Notes: generated from the sequence alone by a model not told the origin. A DNA stretch of 64,000 nt from Octopus sinensis (GCF_006345805.1 NC_043003.1:11904001-11968000), one strand, 5' to 3'. Positions 39,219 through 52,800 are shown, counted from the stretch's first letter. Translations and numbers: made by a program.

Positions 39219-39494
39219 CTATGTGTGTGTATAAATATATATACATGCACGTTTGTTTATAACTGAGTTTATATATAATTTTAATAACAGTCGGGCGCAT
39301 GCAGTCCACTTCGCATAAAATTACCAAATATATGTGACAAAAAGTGCTGAGGGAATTTTTTTGTTCGTTTACCCGTATGTGTGTGTGTGTGCCAGTGTAA
39401 TAAAAGTATACATACAGACATATTTTGAATTCTATTTTTCCCTGTTTGCGTCAACATACCATATTATATATACATATATACGTGTGTATATATG

Positions 39495-39640
39495 TGTGGT
39501 AAATAGCTTGCTTACCAACCACATGGTTTCGAGTTCAGTCCCACGGCGTGGCACCTTGGCCAAGTGTCTTCTACTATAGCCTCCGTCCGACCAAAGCCCT
39601 GTGAGTGGATTTGGTAGACGGAAACTGAAAGAAGCTCGTC

Positions 39641-39680
<40 letters not shown>

Positions 39681-39852
39681 TTGTGTGTCTGTGTTTGTCC
39701 CCCCATCATCGCTTGACAACCGATGCTGGTGTGTTTACGTAACTTAGCGGTTCGGCAATAGAAACCGATAGAATGAGTATTAGGGCCGATTTGTTCGACT
39801 AAATGTGGTGCTCCAGCATGGCCGCAGTCAAATGGCTTTAACAAATAAAAGA
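39495..39852 (+). mobile_element. SINE family B
   Basis: Colinear match. Confidence 0.88.
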
Positions 39853-39906
<54 letters not shown>

Positions 39907-40019
39907 TATATATATAGTGTGTGTGTGTGTGTAAATGTATATGAGTATACACAAGCGCACTCAAACATACACACACATATTATACACGCGTGTACCCAAA
40001 TACGTGTATGCGTATAACT

Positions 40020-40378
40020 CTACGCGTGTATATGTGGGGTGAAAGTGCTGAACGCGTGAAAAAAGGCGAATAATGCACTTTATAAGAAAAAAATCATTAC
40101 GAACGAATTTATTACTTAACAGATAGTTATGCGCATGCGTATGTGTGCGTGCGTATGTGTGCGTGCGCATGCGCGCGTTTTAGCTGGGATAGTGAAAGTT
40201 TGCGCTTAGCTGCAGGAAAGAAATACCCAATACATAAGATCGAATGTTTGTATATTATAAGAAGCCGAACCTTCTTGAAACATGACTCAGCGTCACGTTT
40301 CTGATTACTGAGTGTGACTCAATCGTGTGAATAATCGGTAGCGTGGAACTCAGTCACGAGGAAAAAAAATTTTCACCT
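40020..40378. promoter_or_regulatory. Candidate enhancer/promoter segment upstream of the ETV6-like gene
   Basis: Mostly non-repetitive, CpG-retaining; TGACTCA at 40283 (extended TGACTCAGC, overlapping CGTCA) and at 40315; GTGAAAGT twice. Motif-only evidence. Confidence 0.35.
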
Positions 40379-40470
40379 TAAAGTACAAACACACACATAC
40401 ATACATACATACATACATACATACATACATACATACATACATACGTGTGTGTGCGCGCGCGTGCGGCATA

Positions 40471-40850
40471 GGCGCAGGCGTGGCTGTGTGGTAAGAAGCT
40501 TGCTTCTCTGTCACATGGGCCTAGGTTCAGTTCCAATGCGTGGCACCTTGTGCAAGTATCTCCTACTAAAGCCCCAGATCGACCAAAGCCTTGAGAGTGG
40601 AAACTGAAAGAAGCCCGTCGCATATAAATATATATATGTGTGTGTGTGTGTGTGTATTTCTTTGTTTACCCATCACCACCACCACCATCGCCGCTTGACA
40701 ACCGGTGTTGGTGTGTTTACGTCCGCTGTAACTTAGCGGTTCTGCAAAAGTGGAGCCGATAGAATAAGTCCTTGGCTTAAAAATAGGTCCTGGGGTCGAC
40801 TTGCGTCAAGGCGGTGCTCCAGCAATCCAATGACTGAAACAAGTAAAAGA
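40471..40850 (+). mobile_element. SINE family B
   Basis: Colinear match. Confidence 0.85.
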
Positions 40851-40896
40851 AGAGGCGGACATGGTTTCAGGTTCAATCTCACTACGCGGCGACTTG

Positions 40897-41165
40897 GGAT
40901 TTGAACTCAGAACGTAACGACAGACGAAATACCTATTTCTTTACTACCCACAAGGGGCTAAACACAGAGAGGACAAACAAGGACAGACAAACGGATTAAG
41001 TCGATCACATCATCCCTAGTGCGTAACTGGTACTTAATTTATCGACCCCGAAAGGATGAAAGGCAAAGTCGACCTCGGCGGAATTTGAACTCAGAACATA
41101 GCGGCTGACGAAATACCGCTAAGCATTTCGTCCGACGTGCTAACGATTCTGCCAGCTCGCCGCCT
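40897..41165 (-). mobile_element. SINE family A monomer plus start of a second unit
   Basis: Junction aaagaaata|ggtatttcgtc at ~40934. Confidence 0.9.
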
Positions 41166-41377
41166 TAATGAAATATTAATATTATTAACCCCACACAAAA
41201 GATTAAGTAACGTTGCTATGCTACTGGATTATGTCACTTCGTGAGTAGATCTGGCTTATTTCTAATCCTAGGGCAGGTTTTGTAAATAGCTATCACTACT
41301 TCATAGGGGAGAAAAACGGTAAGGAATTAGAGAGGTGTCCCTTAATTTTATTATCATTATTATTACTAACACAAAAT

Positions 41378-41595
41378 CGGCGAGTTGGCAGAATCGTTAG
41401 CACGCCAGGCAAAAATGCTTAGTGGCATTTCGTCCGCCTTTACGTTCTGAGTTCAAATTCCGCCGAGGTCGACTTTACCTTTAATCTTTTCGAGATCAAT
41501 AAATTAAGCACCAGTGAAACACTGGGGTGGAGGTAATCGACTAGTCCCCTCCCACCCACCAAATTTCAAGGCCTTGTGCCTTCAGTAAAAAAAGA
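41378..41595 (+). mobile_element. SINE family A' (same head and core as A, different tail CTAGTCCCCTCCC...AAATTTCAAGGCCTTGTGCCT)
   Basis: Same tail seen reversed at ~7218-7285, 16857-16920, 26678-26725, 33150-33185 and 46605-46660. Confidence 0.82.
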
Positions 41596-42480
41596 TTATT
41601 TTATACACCGGCAATTACGATTCTGACAAAAAATTTTGGGGAAAAATTACATTTTTTTTAAACACACCACTCCCTTAAGGTGGTAACAGATATTCTTCGG
41701 AAATTATCTCTCCATGTTGGGGCTGTAAATAACAGCTATTTGTAGAACACACAAACTGGGACAAGTCTAAACAGGTCCGTCTAATTTGCATATGAGCAGC
41801 AGACACTGAAGCTGTTAATTCTATAATAATTAAGAAAGTACTATTCAGCAATTTTGAGTAATTTGGAATCTAATTTAAGGTACGCCACCATTAATGAATT
41901 TATTTTTAATGAATAGGGGTGGGTTCTGGTCACTTCCTCTCGCAGAAATAGTAGTGGAGCTCAACCAATTCTTTTTTTTTTTTTTTTCGCTCTGTGATAA
42001 AAGTCATTGGAAATCTGCGGCCCGCAAGACTTTCTGAATGGCATACCTAAACGAAAAATTATTTTAACAGTTCTTTTTTAGTGTTGCGGCTCGCCTGATA
42101 ATGATCCAGGTCTCATGCAACTCGCTTCTTGGGAAACGTTGTCCGTACCTAGAGCTTTTATTTGAATAGAATGTAAATTCGTCAAATATATTCGTTGGAT
42201 TTCTTTTTCCTACGTGGTACTCCATCGTTATATCCCTGAATTGGGGTAAAATTCATTCAAATTTCAAAAAGATAAACGAAAGTAGAGGACGAATAGAGCT
42301 ACACCCCCCTCCCCCCAAAAAAACCTCCATGTTTTTCGTGGTAATTCAAAAACCACTGGAAACAATTGAAATAATAGGGGTGGGACGAACGAATTTATCT
42401 GACAACCCTATTTGCATATTTAATTATGTATGAATGTATATGATTGCATGTTTGCAAACGTAAGCTGATGTATATGTGCG

Positions 42481-42548
<68 letters not shown>

Positions 42549-42557
42549 CCTACCTAC

Positions 42558-42618
<61 letters not shown>

Positions 42619-42911
42619 GACCGAGGTTACCGTGGTCTTTTCCGTATGCTTTTCTTCCCACGGATAAACCTTATCTGTTTCCCCCTTTACACTTTACATC
42701 ATGGCATTTCTGTGATACACGATCCCTATTGATCGTTTTTTATTTCATTTTATTTATTTATTTATTTATTTATTTTTTCTTTTTACGATCCCTTTTGATC
42801 GAAAACCTACCCCACTTTTTATTTTTTTATTTTTTTTCTCCCCAAAAAGAAAAGCTCTACTTTGTAATTTGTCCCGTCTGTGTTCAGCCCTGTGTGGCTA
42901 ATAAAGAAACA
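42619..42911 (+). mobile_element. Tx1/L1-like LINE 3' UTR inserted in (ATCT)n
   Basis: (ATCT)n on both sides; shares the CCGTGG...CCACG..TAA(A)CCTT hairpin with 32385-32420 (minus strand); ends TTGTCCCGTCTGTGTTCAGCCCTGTGTGGCTAATAAAGAAACA. Confidence 0.68.
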
Positions 42912-43761
42912 TATCTATCTATCTATCGATCTATACACGTGTGTGTAGAGAGAGAGAAAGATATAATAATAATGACATCAGATTTATGCACAAGGTCGGC
43001 ATTTTTGAGAGAATGGGTAGAAGTCGATACTTTGAAAGGCAAAGTTGACCTTAGCGGAATTTGAACTTAGAACTTAAAGAGCCGAAAGAAGCACTGCAAA
43101 TCACTTTTCCCAACGCTCTAACAATTTCGCCACTGCGCCGCAGAAATGGCAATGTCTACTGTTCGTTCTAAAGACAGGTCAACCCTGTATCAAACTTATC
43201 TGAGATAAAGCATTCCATCTTGGACAAATCCGCCTTTTATTTAGGCATAATGTATCTAGGATTACATTATTCAAGGTGCTGCTTTTCCTTTGAATACATT
43301 TAGTAATAATTTCAAGTTGATTTGACTGCTATTTCTAGCAGATCGGGCGACGTGTAGAAGCATCCTGATTGGCTTGAGTGAGGGATTGAAAAGTTTGTTC
43401 ACGATCATAAGAGCTTGGGTTCGATCTCATTGCATGGTATCTTGGGTCAAATGTCTTTTGCCATGGCCTCGCGTTTAACCCAGGCCATGTCACGAGAAAC
43501 TGGGTCGACGGAAACTGTACGGAAGCCCGTTGGGGGGTAGATTGTACATTGAACTCAAACCACTCAGCTTTGTCATGCTGGTCCCCTTTGAGGATTATAC
43601 TAAGGGTATACTGTGGAATACTCGGCCACTTTTTAGGTTTGTTGTTCGGGTGGTTTACTAGTGGTAATAATGGTGCTGGTGGGGAAGGAGGAGGAGGAGG
43701 AAGAGGAAAAGAAATGTGCATGATTCAGCATAACCCTGCTACCAGATATCAGTCTTTACAC

Positions 43762-43794
<33 letters not shown>

Positions 43795-44020
43795 CAGAGT
43801 CGTTTGCATCTACACATCCACTTAAACACAAGCCAAACTTCCTATTTCTTATCTGTGTTTGTGAATACATGTGTTTGTATTTACATTTATGAATATGCAT
43901 GTATGATTGTTTTCACATGTATGTAGATATATTTGCTTTTGTGTGTGTGTGTGTATGTTTTTCTCACTTTCCCTCCCTCCCTCCCTCTCTCTCCCTATAC
44001 ATATATATATATATATAATA

Positions 44021-44368
44021 TAAATTAGAGAGATAAAACCACTATTATGTAACTCAAACAGTGATAGACATAAACCAATACATAACTAACAAATAATATA
44101 TATTTTTTATAAAACATATGATTTATAACTAGATCTCATATATTGATAATTTATTTTATACTTTTTGAGATCTAGTTATAAGTCATATGTTTTATAAAAA
44201 ATATATATTATTTGTTATTTATGTATTGGTTTATGTCTATCACTGTTTGAGTTACATAATAATGGTTTTATCTCTAATTTATATTTTATATATTTATACT
44301 GTAAAATTTGATTTAATGCTAAATTGAATTTTTCCCTGTAAGTTTGGAGTTATACTTCCTAATATTAC

Positions 44369-44370
<2 letters not shown>
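44021..44370. mobile_element. AT-rich hairpin element (arms ~44021-44138 and ~44166-44281) plus single-copy extension, in (TA)n
   Basis: Near-perfect inverted repeat; extension CTAAATTGAATTTTTCCCTGTAAGTT shared with 58330-58355 (reverse). Confidence 0.8.
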
Positions 44371-44411
<41 letters not shown>

Positions 44412-44467
44412 TCAGAAATATTAAAGTTCTAAATATCTCATAGAGATATGTACAGTGGTGGAGCGAT

Positions 44468-44607
44468 AGAGTGGTTGTATAATGTCAACTTAACGCGACA
44501 GTCCTGGCAAGGCTGACAGGAAGCGTCGATGCTTCCTAGGGCTAAACAGCAGTGGTGTAATTCCCTTACAGGACTGTCACGTTAAGTTTACAGTATACAA
44601 CCACTCT
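44468..44607. repeat. Small inverted-repeat element (39-bp arms, inner AGGAAGC/GCTTCCT hairpin)
   Basis: AGAGTGGTTGTATAATGTCAACTTAACGCGACAGTCCTG mirrored at 44569-44607 with 3 mismatches. Confidence 0.8.
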
Positions 44608-44771
44608 CTCTCTATATATAAAGAGAGAAGAGATCTGTTGATTCACCAGAAGCATTAAATTGCAAGATTCAAAATTCTTCAATACATTACAACTGAATGG
44701 CTCCAGTTTCCAGCCCTCAGTGTTGCTTGTTTCTGATCCTCTCCATTTGTGCAGCTACCTGGATTGAGCAT

Positions 44772-44807
<36 letters not shown>

Positions 44808-45044
44808 ATTTTCCAATCACATATCCTCAAAACCCAAGAGCTGTCTTGACTTCAGTGAAAAAGCATTGTCACTTAGCTATAAAAAAATCTGAGTAGTCAG
44901 GAGGATTTATTCAACTGGTGCTCCAGCATGGCAACAGTCCATTGCCTGGAACAAGCAAAATATAAAAGATAATATACATCTAAAACTTTTGCAGTTGGTT
45001 CATGATGTAAAATTGGGAATGAATACAAAATAGAATGTAAATGT

Positions 45045-45201
45045 GGGCGTGACTGTGTGGTAATAAACTTGCTTCCCAACCACATGGTTCCCAGTTCAAT
45101 TCCACAGCATGGCACCTTGGGCAAGTGTCTTCTACTATAGCCACAGGCTGACCAAAGCCTTGTGTGTGGATTTGGTAGATGGGAGCTGAAAGAAGCTCGT
45201 C

Positions 45202-45235
<34 letters not shown>

Positions 45236-45480
45236 ATCTACATGTGCATGTGTCTTTGTGTCTGTGGTTGTCACCTCACCACCATTTCACAACCGGTGTT
45301 GGTTTGTTTACATCTCTGTAACTTAGCAGTTCAGCAAAATGAAATCGACAGAATAAGAATTTGCCTTAAGAAATAAGACCGGGAGGGTGGGGGTGATTTG
45401 TTTGACTAAATCCCACACCACTCAAGGCAGTGCTCCAGTATGGCCGCAGTCAAATGACTGAAACGAGTAAAAGAATAAGA
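45045..45480 (+). mobile_element. SINE family B, CpG-decayed
   Basis: Colinear match with many CG to TG/CA changes. Confidence 0.85.
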
Positions 45481-46840
45481 AGAATAATCCAGCTATAATT
45501 TAAAGCTTCTGCGTGGGACTTGTCCTGGTTGCTGTTCATGTGATTTGGGTGGGAGAAAAAGAAAAAGAAAGAGCATATGCAACCATTTGTCTAGACATTG
45601 CTTCCCATCTGGTTAGTAATTAACGATGCTGTCTTATAAGCCATTAACATAGTATTTAACACACCCTTGAAAGTTACACCTCGCTATAATGATGGAAGAG
45701 AAAATAAATTGAAGTGGTTTCTAATTGCCTTTTTGAAACCCCAAATGAATATTTGAGCTCAATATCAGAGATGCTTTGCTACTAGTGTAGCTAGAGTGTG
45801 TGCCACTTGGGGTGGCACTTCTATCTGCCACCCTCAGACCCCACAGAAATCGTATATTGCCTACAGCAGACCCAAAAGTTCTGTCTGGGGCAGACCACCC
45901 TTCCCAGCTATGCTAGTGTGCTTCGCCCATGCAGAATTAGCAGGAACTATGCAAAGGTATTGCATCACAACATCAAAATCCCTTCTGTATCATCAGCAGA
46001 TATCTAGGGTCACAAGTGCTTCACCCCTTAACCTGTTTCACTTTGCTTGAGTGGTTGTATAACAAACCTTTTTTTTAACCATTATGAACTTAAGTAACTT
46101 GGAAAAAAAAAAAATTTAGATTTCAACATTAATATCTATGTAGCTGTATATATTTCTTCACTGCCCACAGGGGACTACACATAGAGGGGGCAAACAAAGG
46201 GATTAAGTCAATTACATCGACCCCAGTACATAACTGGTACTTATTTAATCAACCCCGAAAGGGTCGTTCAGTGTTGAAAAACTTTGCTTGAGAAGGGCAG
46301 TGAGAACTGAATAAGGCTCCCATCTGCAGTCTCTCATCAATCAGCTGGTTTCAGCTGTCATGCCCACCACCTCAGTCAGTGGACCTCAATCAATTTTTTT
46401 TTCCAAAACTTGTGAGGTCAATGTGGTCAGGGTTCTTTAAAAGTTGAAATAAGTAACAAGTTGCAGGGAAAAGAGAGACAAAGAATGAACATAAAATTAG
46501 AGTACCTCTGCAGGTGACATGGTAAACTGCATTTTTCTGTGGTACAATATTATAACTGATTTCCATGTGCACAAAAATTATATTCATAAACAAATATTAG
46601 TTGAAATCTTGGCACAAGGTTAGCAATTTCGGGTGAGATTGTCAGTCAATTACACAGACCCCAGTTTATAACTGGTACTTATTTCATCAACCCTGAAAGG
46701 ATGAAAGGTAAAGTCAACCTCAGTGGGATTTGAACTCAGAACATAATGGCAGACTAAATACCACTAAGCATTTCACCCGACAGGCTCATGATTCTGCCAG
46801 CTCGCCGCCTTATATAGCTACATAGGGTAGCAAGCTAATA

Positions 46841-47062
46841 GGGCAGCAAGCTGGCCGAATCGTTAGCACCCCGGGTGAAATGTGTAGCCGTATTTCGTCT
46901 GCCGTTACATTCTGAGTTCAAATTCCGCCACGGTCGACTTTGCCTTTCATCCTTTCGGGGTCGATTAAATAAGTATCTGTTACATACTGGGGTTGATGTA
47001 ATCGACTAAATCCCTTTGTTTGTTCCCTCTATGTGTAGCCCCCTGTGGGCAGTGAAGAAATA
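46841..47062 (+). mobile_element. SINE family A with TSD; head-to-head with an A' copy at 46605-46809 (-)
   Basis: TSD TATATAGCTACATAG at 46811-46825 and 47063-47077. Confidence 0.92.
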
Positions 47063-47727
47063 TATATAGCTACATAGATATTAATGCTTAATGTTGAAAT
47101 CTAAATTATTTTTTCCAAGTTGCTTAATTTTATAATGGTTAAAAAAAAGTTTGTTATACAACCACTAGGTCATAAGTTCGGCCCTACTGCATGGCACCTT
47201 CGGCAAGTGTAATTGTCTGTAGACTTAGCTTGACCAATAGGTTTCAAGTGAAATTGGTTTGATGGAAACTGTATTGAAGCCTGTCACATGGACTGTATCA
47301 GTAATCCAAAGGCACAGCCTTGTCATACACTGTGTCATGCTGTGTCATTCTGTCTGAAAACTGCATTAAGGGTACATGTGTCTGTGGAATACTCAACCAT
47401 TTACATATAAGTCAATGAGTAGGAAATTCAGTTGACTGAACAACTGAATCTTTATCATTTGATGACAAAAAGCCATCAAGCATCAGATATATCGATTGAT
47501 AGGAAAGATATAATCCTTTCAATTTTTTACACAGGTACAGCAGTTTTTGAGGAGAGGGGAAAAGTTAATTACATTGTCCCTCAGTACATGGCTGGTACTT
47601 ATTTCATTGACCCTGAAAGGATGAAAGGCAGAATTTGGGCTTAGAGCATGAAAACAGATGAAATGCTGCTAAGCATTCTACAGTTCTGCCAGTTTTCTAA
47701 CTTAACTGATTGGAAAGAAATAATTAC

Positions 47728-48272
47728 TACAGTCTTTGATGGCATATAAGATACCATAAATTATAAGATACCATAAATTATAAGATACCATAAATCCTCG
47801 AGTATAATCCACATTTTTTTCCCAAATTTAAAGGTCAAAATCCCTTGTGCATACTACATACGGGGATGAAAATGAAAAACATTTTCTAAGCAATGTCCAT
47901 TTGTTGTCCAGCAATGTTTATTCAGACGCATTTTGTGATGTCGGGCGTGAAAATACCTTAAGCTAAGCCTAAAAGCAATGAAGTCATAAAAGAATCATCC
48001 ATAACTTGCAGTAAGCAACATTTATTAAAATAAAAGTATTCAGAACACAGAATAACACTTAACAAAAACAATTTGCAAACATATTTACATTCCCATATAA
48101 CAGTTAAGAACATCACCATTATTCTATTACGCATGTGTGGAAGTGTTTGTTCGACTAGATGCTGCTGGCTTAATTATGCACGACTCAAGTTAGAGAAGTG
48201 CGTATTATACACAAGGTTTAGGTTTTTCAGAGGTACAGCCCCCTAAAAATCCCCTGTGTATTATACTTGTAT
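47728..48272. mobile_element. Tigger/pogo-like MITE remnant(s); related ends at ~455-517 and ~62115-62178
   Basis: TACC.TAAATCCTCGAGTATAA start and repeated GTGCGTATTATAC/GTGTATTATAC subterminal motifs. Confidence 0.5.
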
Positions 48273-48446
48273 TTTCTCCAACAAAATGTCTCAAAAAACC
48301 AACTCTGGTTCTATAACTAACAGGTACTCCATCGGTTTTGATGAGAAGGGTTCCAGTTGATTTAATCAACCGAAGAGCCTGTTTGTGAAATTAATGTGCA
48401 AGTGACTGAGTACTCCAGAGCCGGGCATACCTTTAATGTATGCCCG

Positions 48447-48525
48447 TCTTCTACTATAGCTTCGGGCCAGCCAAAGCCTTGTGAGTGTATTTGGTAGGCG
48501 GAAACTGAAATAAGCCCGTCATATG

Positions 48526-48558
<33 letters not shown>

Positions 48559-48760
48559 CTGTGTTTGTCCCCCCAACATTGCTTGAAAAGTGATGCTGGT
48601 ATGTTTACGTCCTCATAACTTAGCGGTTCGGCAAAAGAGACCGATAGAATAAGTACTAGGCTTACAAAGAATAAGTCCTGGGGTCGATTTGCTTGACTAA
48701 AGGTGGTGCTCCAGCATGGCCGCAGTCAAATGACTGAAACAAGTAAAAGAGTAAAAGAGA
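48447..48760 (+). mobile_element. SINE family B, 5'-truncated
   Basis: Match from GTCTTCTACTATAGC to tail. Confidence 0.88.
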
Positions 48761-49459
48761 ATGGTTTCATCCAGAAACTCACATCATCACCTGTTCTTTA
48801 TAACTGGATCCATCAATACCAAAGTTTGGCTCCGGCAGAGCTGACTGGTAGATTGGGATCACACACCAACAACAGGACAAACCACAAGGCTCACTTCTTC
48901 TATGCTTTACACTTTTGATACATATTTTCGTTAATATGCACTGCCTTTGTTGCAATTAATTTCGAAAAATTTTGAAGAATTTTGTATAATAACTTTGTCA
49001 TTTTTGAGGTGGAATTTGGAACATAAATTAAAAGAACAAATTGATAGAAGATTTTAATTTAGATCACTATAATGCAGGAAATTTGCATTACAGAGCAGCG
49101 GTGGTCGTAGGTGGATTGATATCAAACAGGATAATTACTTGATTTTCCTCTCTAGCTTTTCCTTATACAAGCTTCGTCAGCGCACAACCTTATCGTATTA
49201 ATTAAGGGGGTGGAAGGAGACTAACATACATAAATAGAGTGAATTGCCCCCCCTTAAATGTTCACTAATTACAATAACACTTCAAAAAGAGGTAAATATT
49301 TTGCTTTAATGGGTCGGGGTGGGCATGGCTGTGCGGTAAGAAGATTGGTTCCCAGCCACAGATTCAGATTCTTGGGCATATGTCTTCTACTATAACCCTG
49401 GGCTGACCAAAGCCTTGTGAGTGGATTTGATTGACAGAAACTGAAAGAACACCATATAT

Positions 49460-49488
49460 ACCTATCTATCTATCTGTCTGTCTCCCTG

Positions 49489-49547
<59 letters not shown>

Positions 49548-49562
49548 GTCAGTCTGTCAGTT

Positions 49563-49596
<34 letters not shown>

Positions 49597-49639
49597 TCTA
49601 TCTGTCTGTCTCCTGTCTATCTATCTATCTATCTATCTA

Positions 49640-49680
<41 letters not shown>

Positions 49681-49705
49681 GTCAGTCTGTCAGTTTGTCT
49701 GTCTG

Positions 49706-49736
<31 letters not shown>

Positions 49737-49749
49737 GTCTGTCTCCCTG

Positions 49750-49820
<71 letters not shown>

Positions 49821-49860
49821 GTGTGTGTATGCATGTGTGTATGCATGTGTGTGTGTGTTA
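49460..49860. repeat. (ATCT)n/(GTCT)n microsatellite
   Basis: Direct inspection. Confidence 0.95.
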
Positions 49861-50234
49861 TAATCTTCTTGCTTTGATACGACATGATATTTGTAAAGAA
49901 GTGGCCCCTTTCATGAAGGTGGTGTCCTTCATTTCCAATTTTCCCTGAAGACATCACTGGTCATAAGGAAGCATTATTGCCTAACTTGGAAACAAGTAAG
50001 GGTTGGCAACTGGATGGGCATCCAGCTGTCAAACACCTTCCTTGGCAAAATTCTGTCCAAGCCAGGCAAGCAAGGAAAGACGGACATTAAAACAATGATG
50101 ATGGAAAATACTTCTTGCAAAGAAAACTGAACAAACCATTCCAAATTATTCGAATTAATTAAAAATTGAAAAGCAACATGTAACGAGAACAGAAATCAAT
50201 CTTTAACAAGTCATTATCGTCGTTATCATCATCC

Positions 50235-50268
<34 letters not shown>

Positions 50269-50419
50269 TTAATATCTGTTTTCCATGCTGGCATGGGTTG
50301 GACAGTTTCACAGGAACTGGCAAGCTGGAGAGTGACACTAAGCTCCATTTGTCTGTTTTGGTATGGATTCTATGGCTGGATGCGCTTCCTAATAACGCTA
50401 ACCACTTTACAGAGTGTAC

Positions 50420-50708
50420 GCTTTTACTCTTATACTTGTTTCAGTCATTTGCCTGTGGCCATGCTGGAGCACCGCCTTTATTCGAGCAAATCGACCCCAG
50501 GACTTATTCTTTGTAAGTCAAGTACTTATTCTATCGGTCTCTTTTGCCGAACCACTAAGTTACAGGGCCGTAAACACATCAGCATCAGTTGTCAAGCAAT
50601 GTTGGGAGACAATCAAAGACAAACAAACATATACACATCATCATCATCATCATCATCATCATCGTTTAACGTCCGTTTTCCGCGCTAGCACGGGTTGGAC
50701 ACACACAC

Positions 50709-50755
<47 letters not shown>

Positions 50756-50922
50756 TATATGATGGGCTTCTTTCAGTTTTCATCTGCCAAATCCACTCAC
50801 AAGGCTTTGGTCAGTCCGAGGCTATAGTAGAAGACACTTGCCCAAGGTGCCACACAGTGAGACTGAACTCAGAACCATGTGGTTGGTAAGCAAGCTACTT
50901 ACCACACAGCCACTCCTACACC
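50420..50922 (-). mobile_element. SINE family B with a short (CAT)n-tailed insertion in its microsatellite
   Basis: Family B reverse match interrupted at ~50636-50700 by CATCATCGTTTAACGTCCGTTTTCCGCGCTAGCACGGGTTGGAC. Confidence 0.85.
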
Positions 50923-51707
50923 TACTGGGTGCTTTTTACATGGGACCAGCACAGGTGCTTTTCATGTGGCTCTGCATATATCTCAATTCTCTTGTCTACA
51001 GATGCTCCATTAAATAGGGTTGCAAGCTGGCAGAATCGATAGACTATAGGAAAAATACTTTGCAGTATTTGTTCTGACTCCTTACATTGAAAGTTCAAAT
51101 CCTGCTGAGGTCAACTTTACCTTTCACCCTTTCAGCTACAGCAAAATAAAATACCTATCAAATATTTAATGGCTTCAACTAACCCCTCCTTTTAAAATTG
51201 CTGGACTTATGCCAAAATTTAAAAAATTAAATAGGAATCTCTAAAGTGTCTTATCCCTTTTGTTAATATATTTCCCTTGAAATAAACTAGCTTTGTGGCA
51301 ATTAATTCCGAAGCTAATGAAGAATTTAGTAAAATGACTTTGTCGTTATTAACCATTTTCAATCCGAAATTTCTGGTGAAACACACTGCCTTTGTTTCTA
51401 TTATTTTTGAAAATAATAAAGAATTTAGTAAAATTTTGTCATTAAGATGGTGTTTGAAATATAAATTAATATGGAATTTTGATGGACGGTTTTGATTTAA
51501 CTCACTTTATAACTGAGAATTTTGTATCAAAGAAATAGGAGCTGGTTTCAGGTGGGTTGATAATCAAAAGGTTCAAATTATTGGCTTAACCTCCTCCAAC
51601 AGCACCACTACAGCTGAGCCAATGCGAGAGCCTCCATGTGGTTACTCAGCATGCTAGAAATAGTAGCCAAATCTCAGCTGAAGCACACCCTTGGGTGGTA
51701 TGGTCTA

Positions 51708-51934
51708 GGCGAGCTGGCAGAAACGTTAGCATGTCGGGCGAAATGCTTAGTGGTATTTCGGCTGCTGTTACGTTGTAAGTTCAAATTCCGCCGAGGTTGA
51801 CTTTGCTTTTCATCCTTTCGGGGTCGATAAATTAAGTACCAGTTACGCACTGGGGTCAATGTAATCGACTTAACACCTATGTCTGTCCTTGTTTATCCCC
51901 TCTATGTGTAGCCCCTTGTGGGTAATAAAGAAAT
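51708..51934 (+). mobile_element. SINE family A with TSD
   Basis: TSD GGTATGGT(C/T)TAGG on both flanks. Confidence 0.92.
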
Positions 51935-52541
51935 AGGTATGGTTTAGGATATGTTATGTTTGAAAATATGACAGGTTGGTCACTGTTGGAATACTAGCTG
52001 TCATCATCATCATCATCTTTTTTATCATCGTCTTTGTCATCATTTGATGTCCATGCTTCTCTCTGCTTGAATAAGGTGTATGGAGTTTATTTTGAGGCAG
52101 ACTTCTATGGCTAGATGCTCTTCCTATCACCAACTTTTAACTGTTTCTAAGCAACGTAATATTTCCCCATGGGCCAGACATGAGGAAATATTACCTTGCT
52201 TAGAAACAAATGAAAATAAATGACATTGCTTGTATGATAGTGGCAATTGTTTGCATATATTACACAATGTCACAACAAAGAAATGCACACACCTATACAT
52301 ATATGCACATATACATACATATATATGTAATAGAATTCTATCAGTTTCTTTCTGCAAAATCTATGACAGGAGCAGAAGACATTTACCCAAGGTGCCCTGC
52401 AGTGGGGTTGAACCTAAAACCATGTGGTTAGGAAGCAAACTTCTTACCTCACAGCAACATCTGAGTCTATGTTTAATCAAGGCTGACCTGTGGCTAAACA
52501 ATACTTAGTCTTCACTGATAACATGACCACCCTCGAGTTTT

Positions 52542-52581
<40 letters not shown>

Positions 52582-52606
52582 GTATTTGTCTGTCTCTCTT
52601 TCTCTT

Positions 52607-52647
<41 letters not shown>

Positions 52648-52762
52648 ATTTATAGATAGATAGATGTGTCTATATGTATAGACGGATATATGTAAATATA
52701 GATAAATAGAGAGAGAGATAGATGTATCTATATATATATACATAAATATAGATAGATAGATT

Positions 52763-52800
<38 letters not shown>

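Noticed and set aside
42100-49300. Specific 5' UTR exons of the ETV6-like gene (possible donors AAC|GTAAGC ~42460 and GAG|GTAAAT ~49292)
   Set aside because: Donor-like words are too common to place non-coding exons without transcript data.
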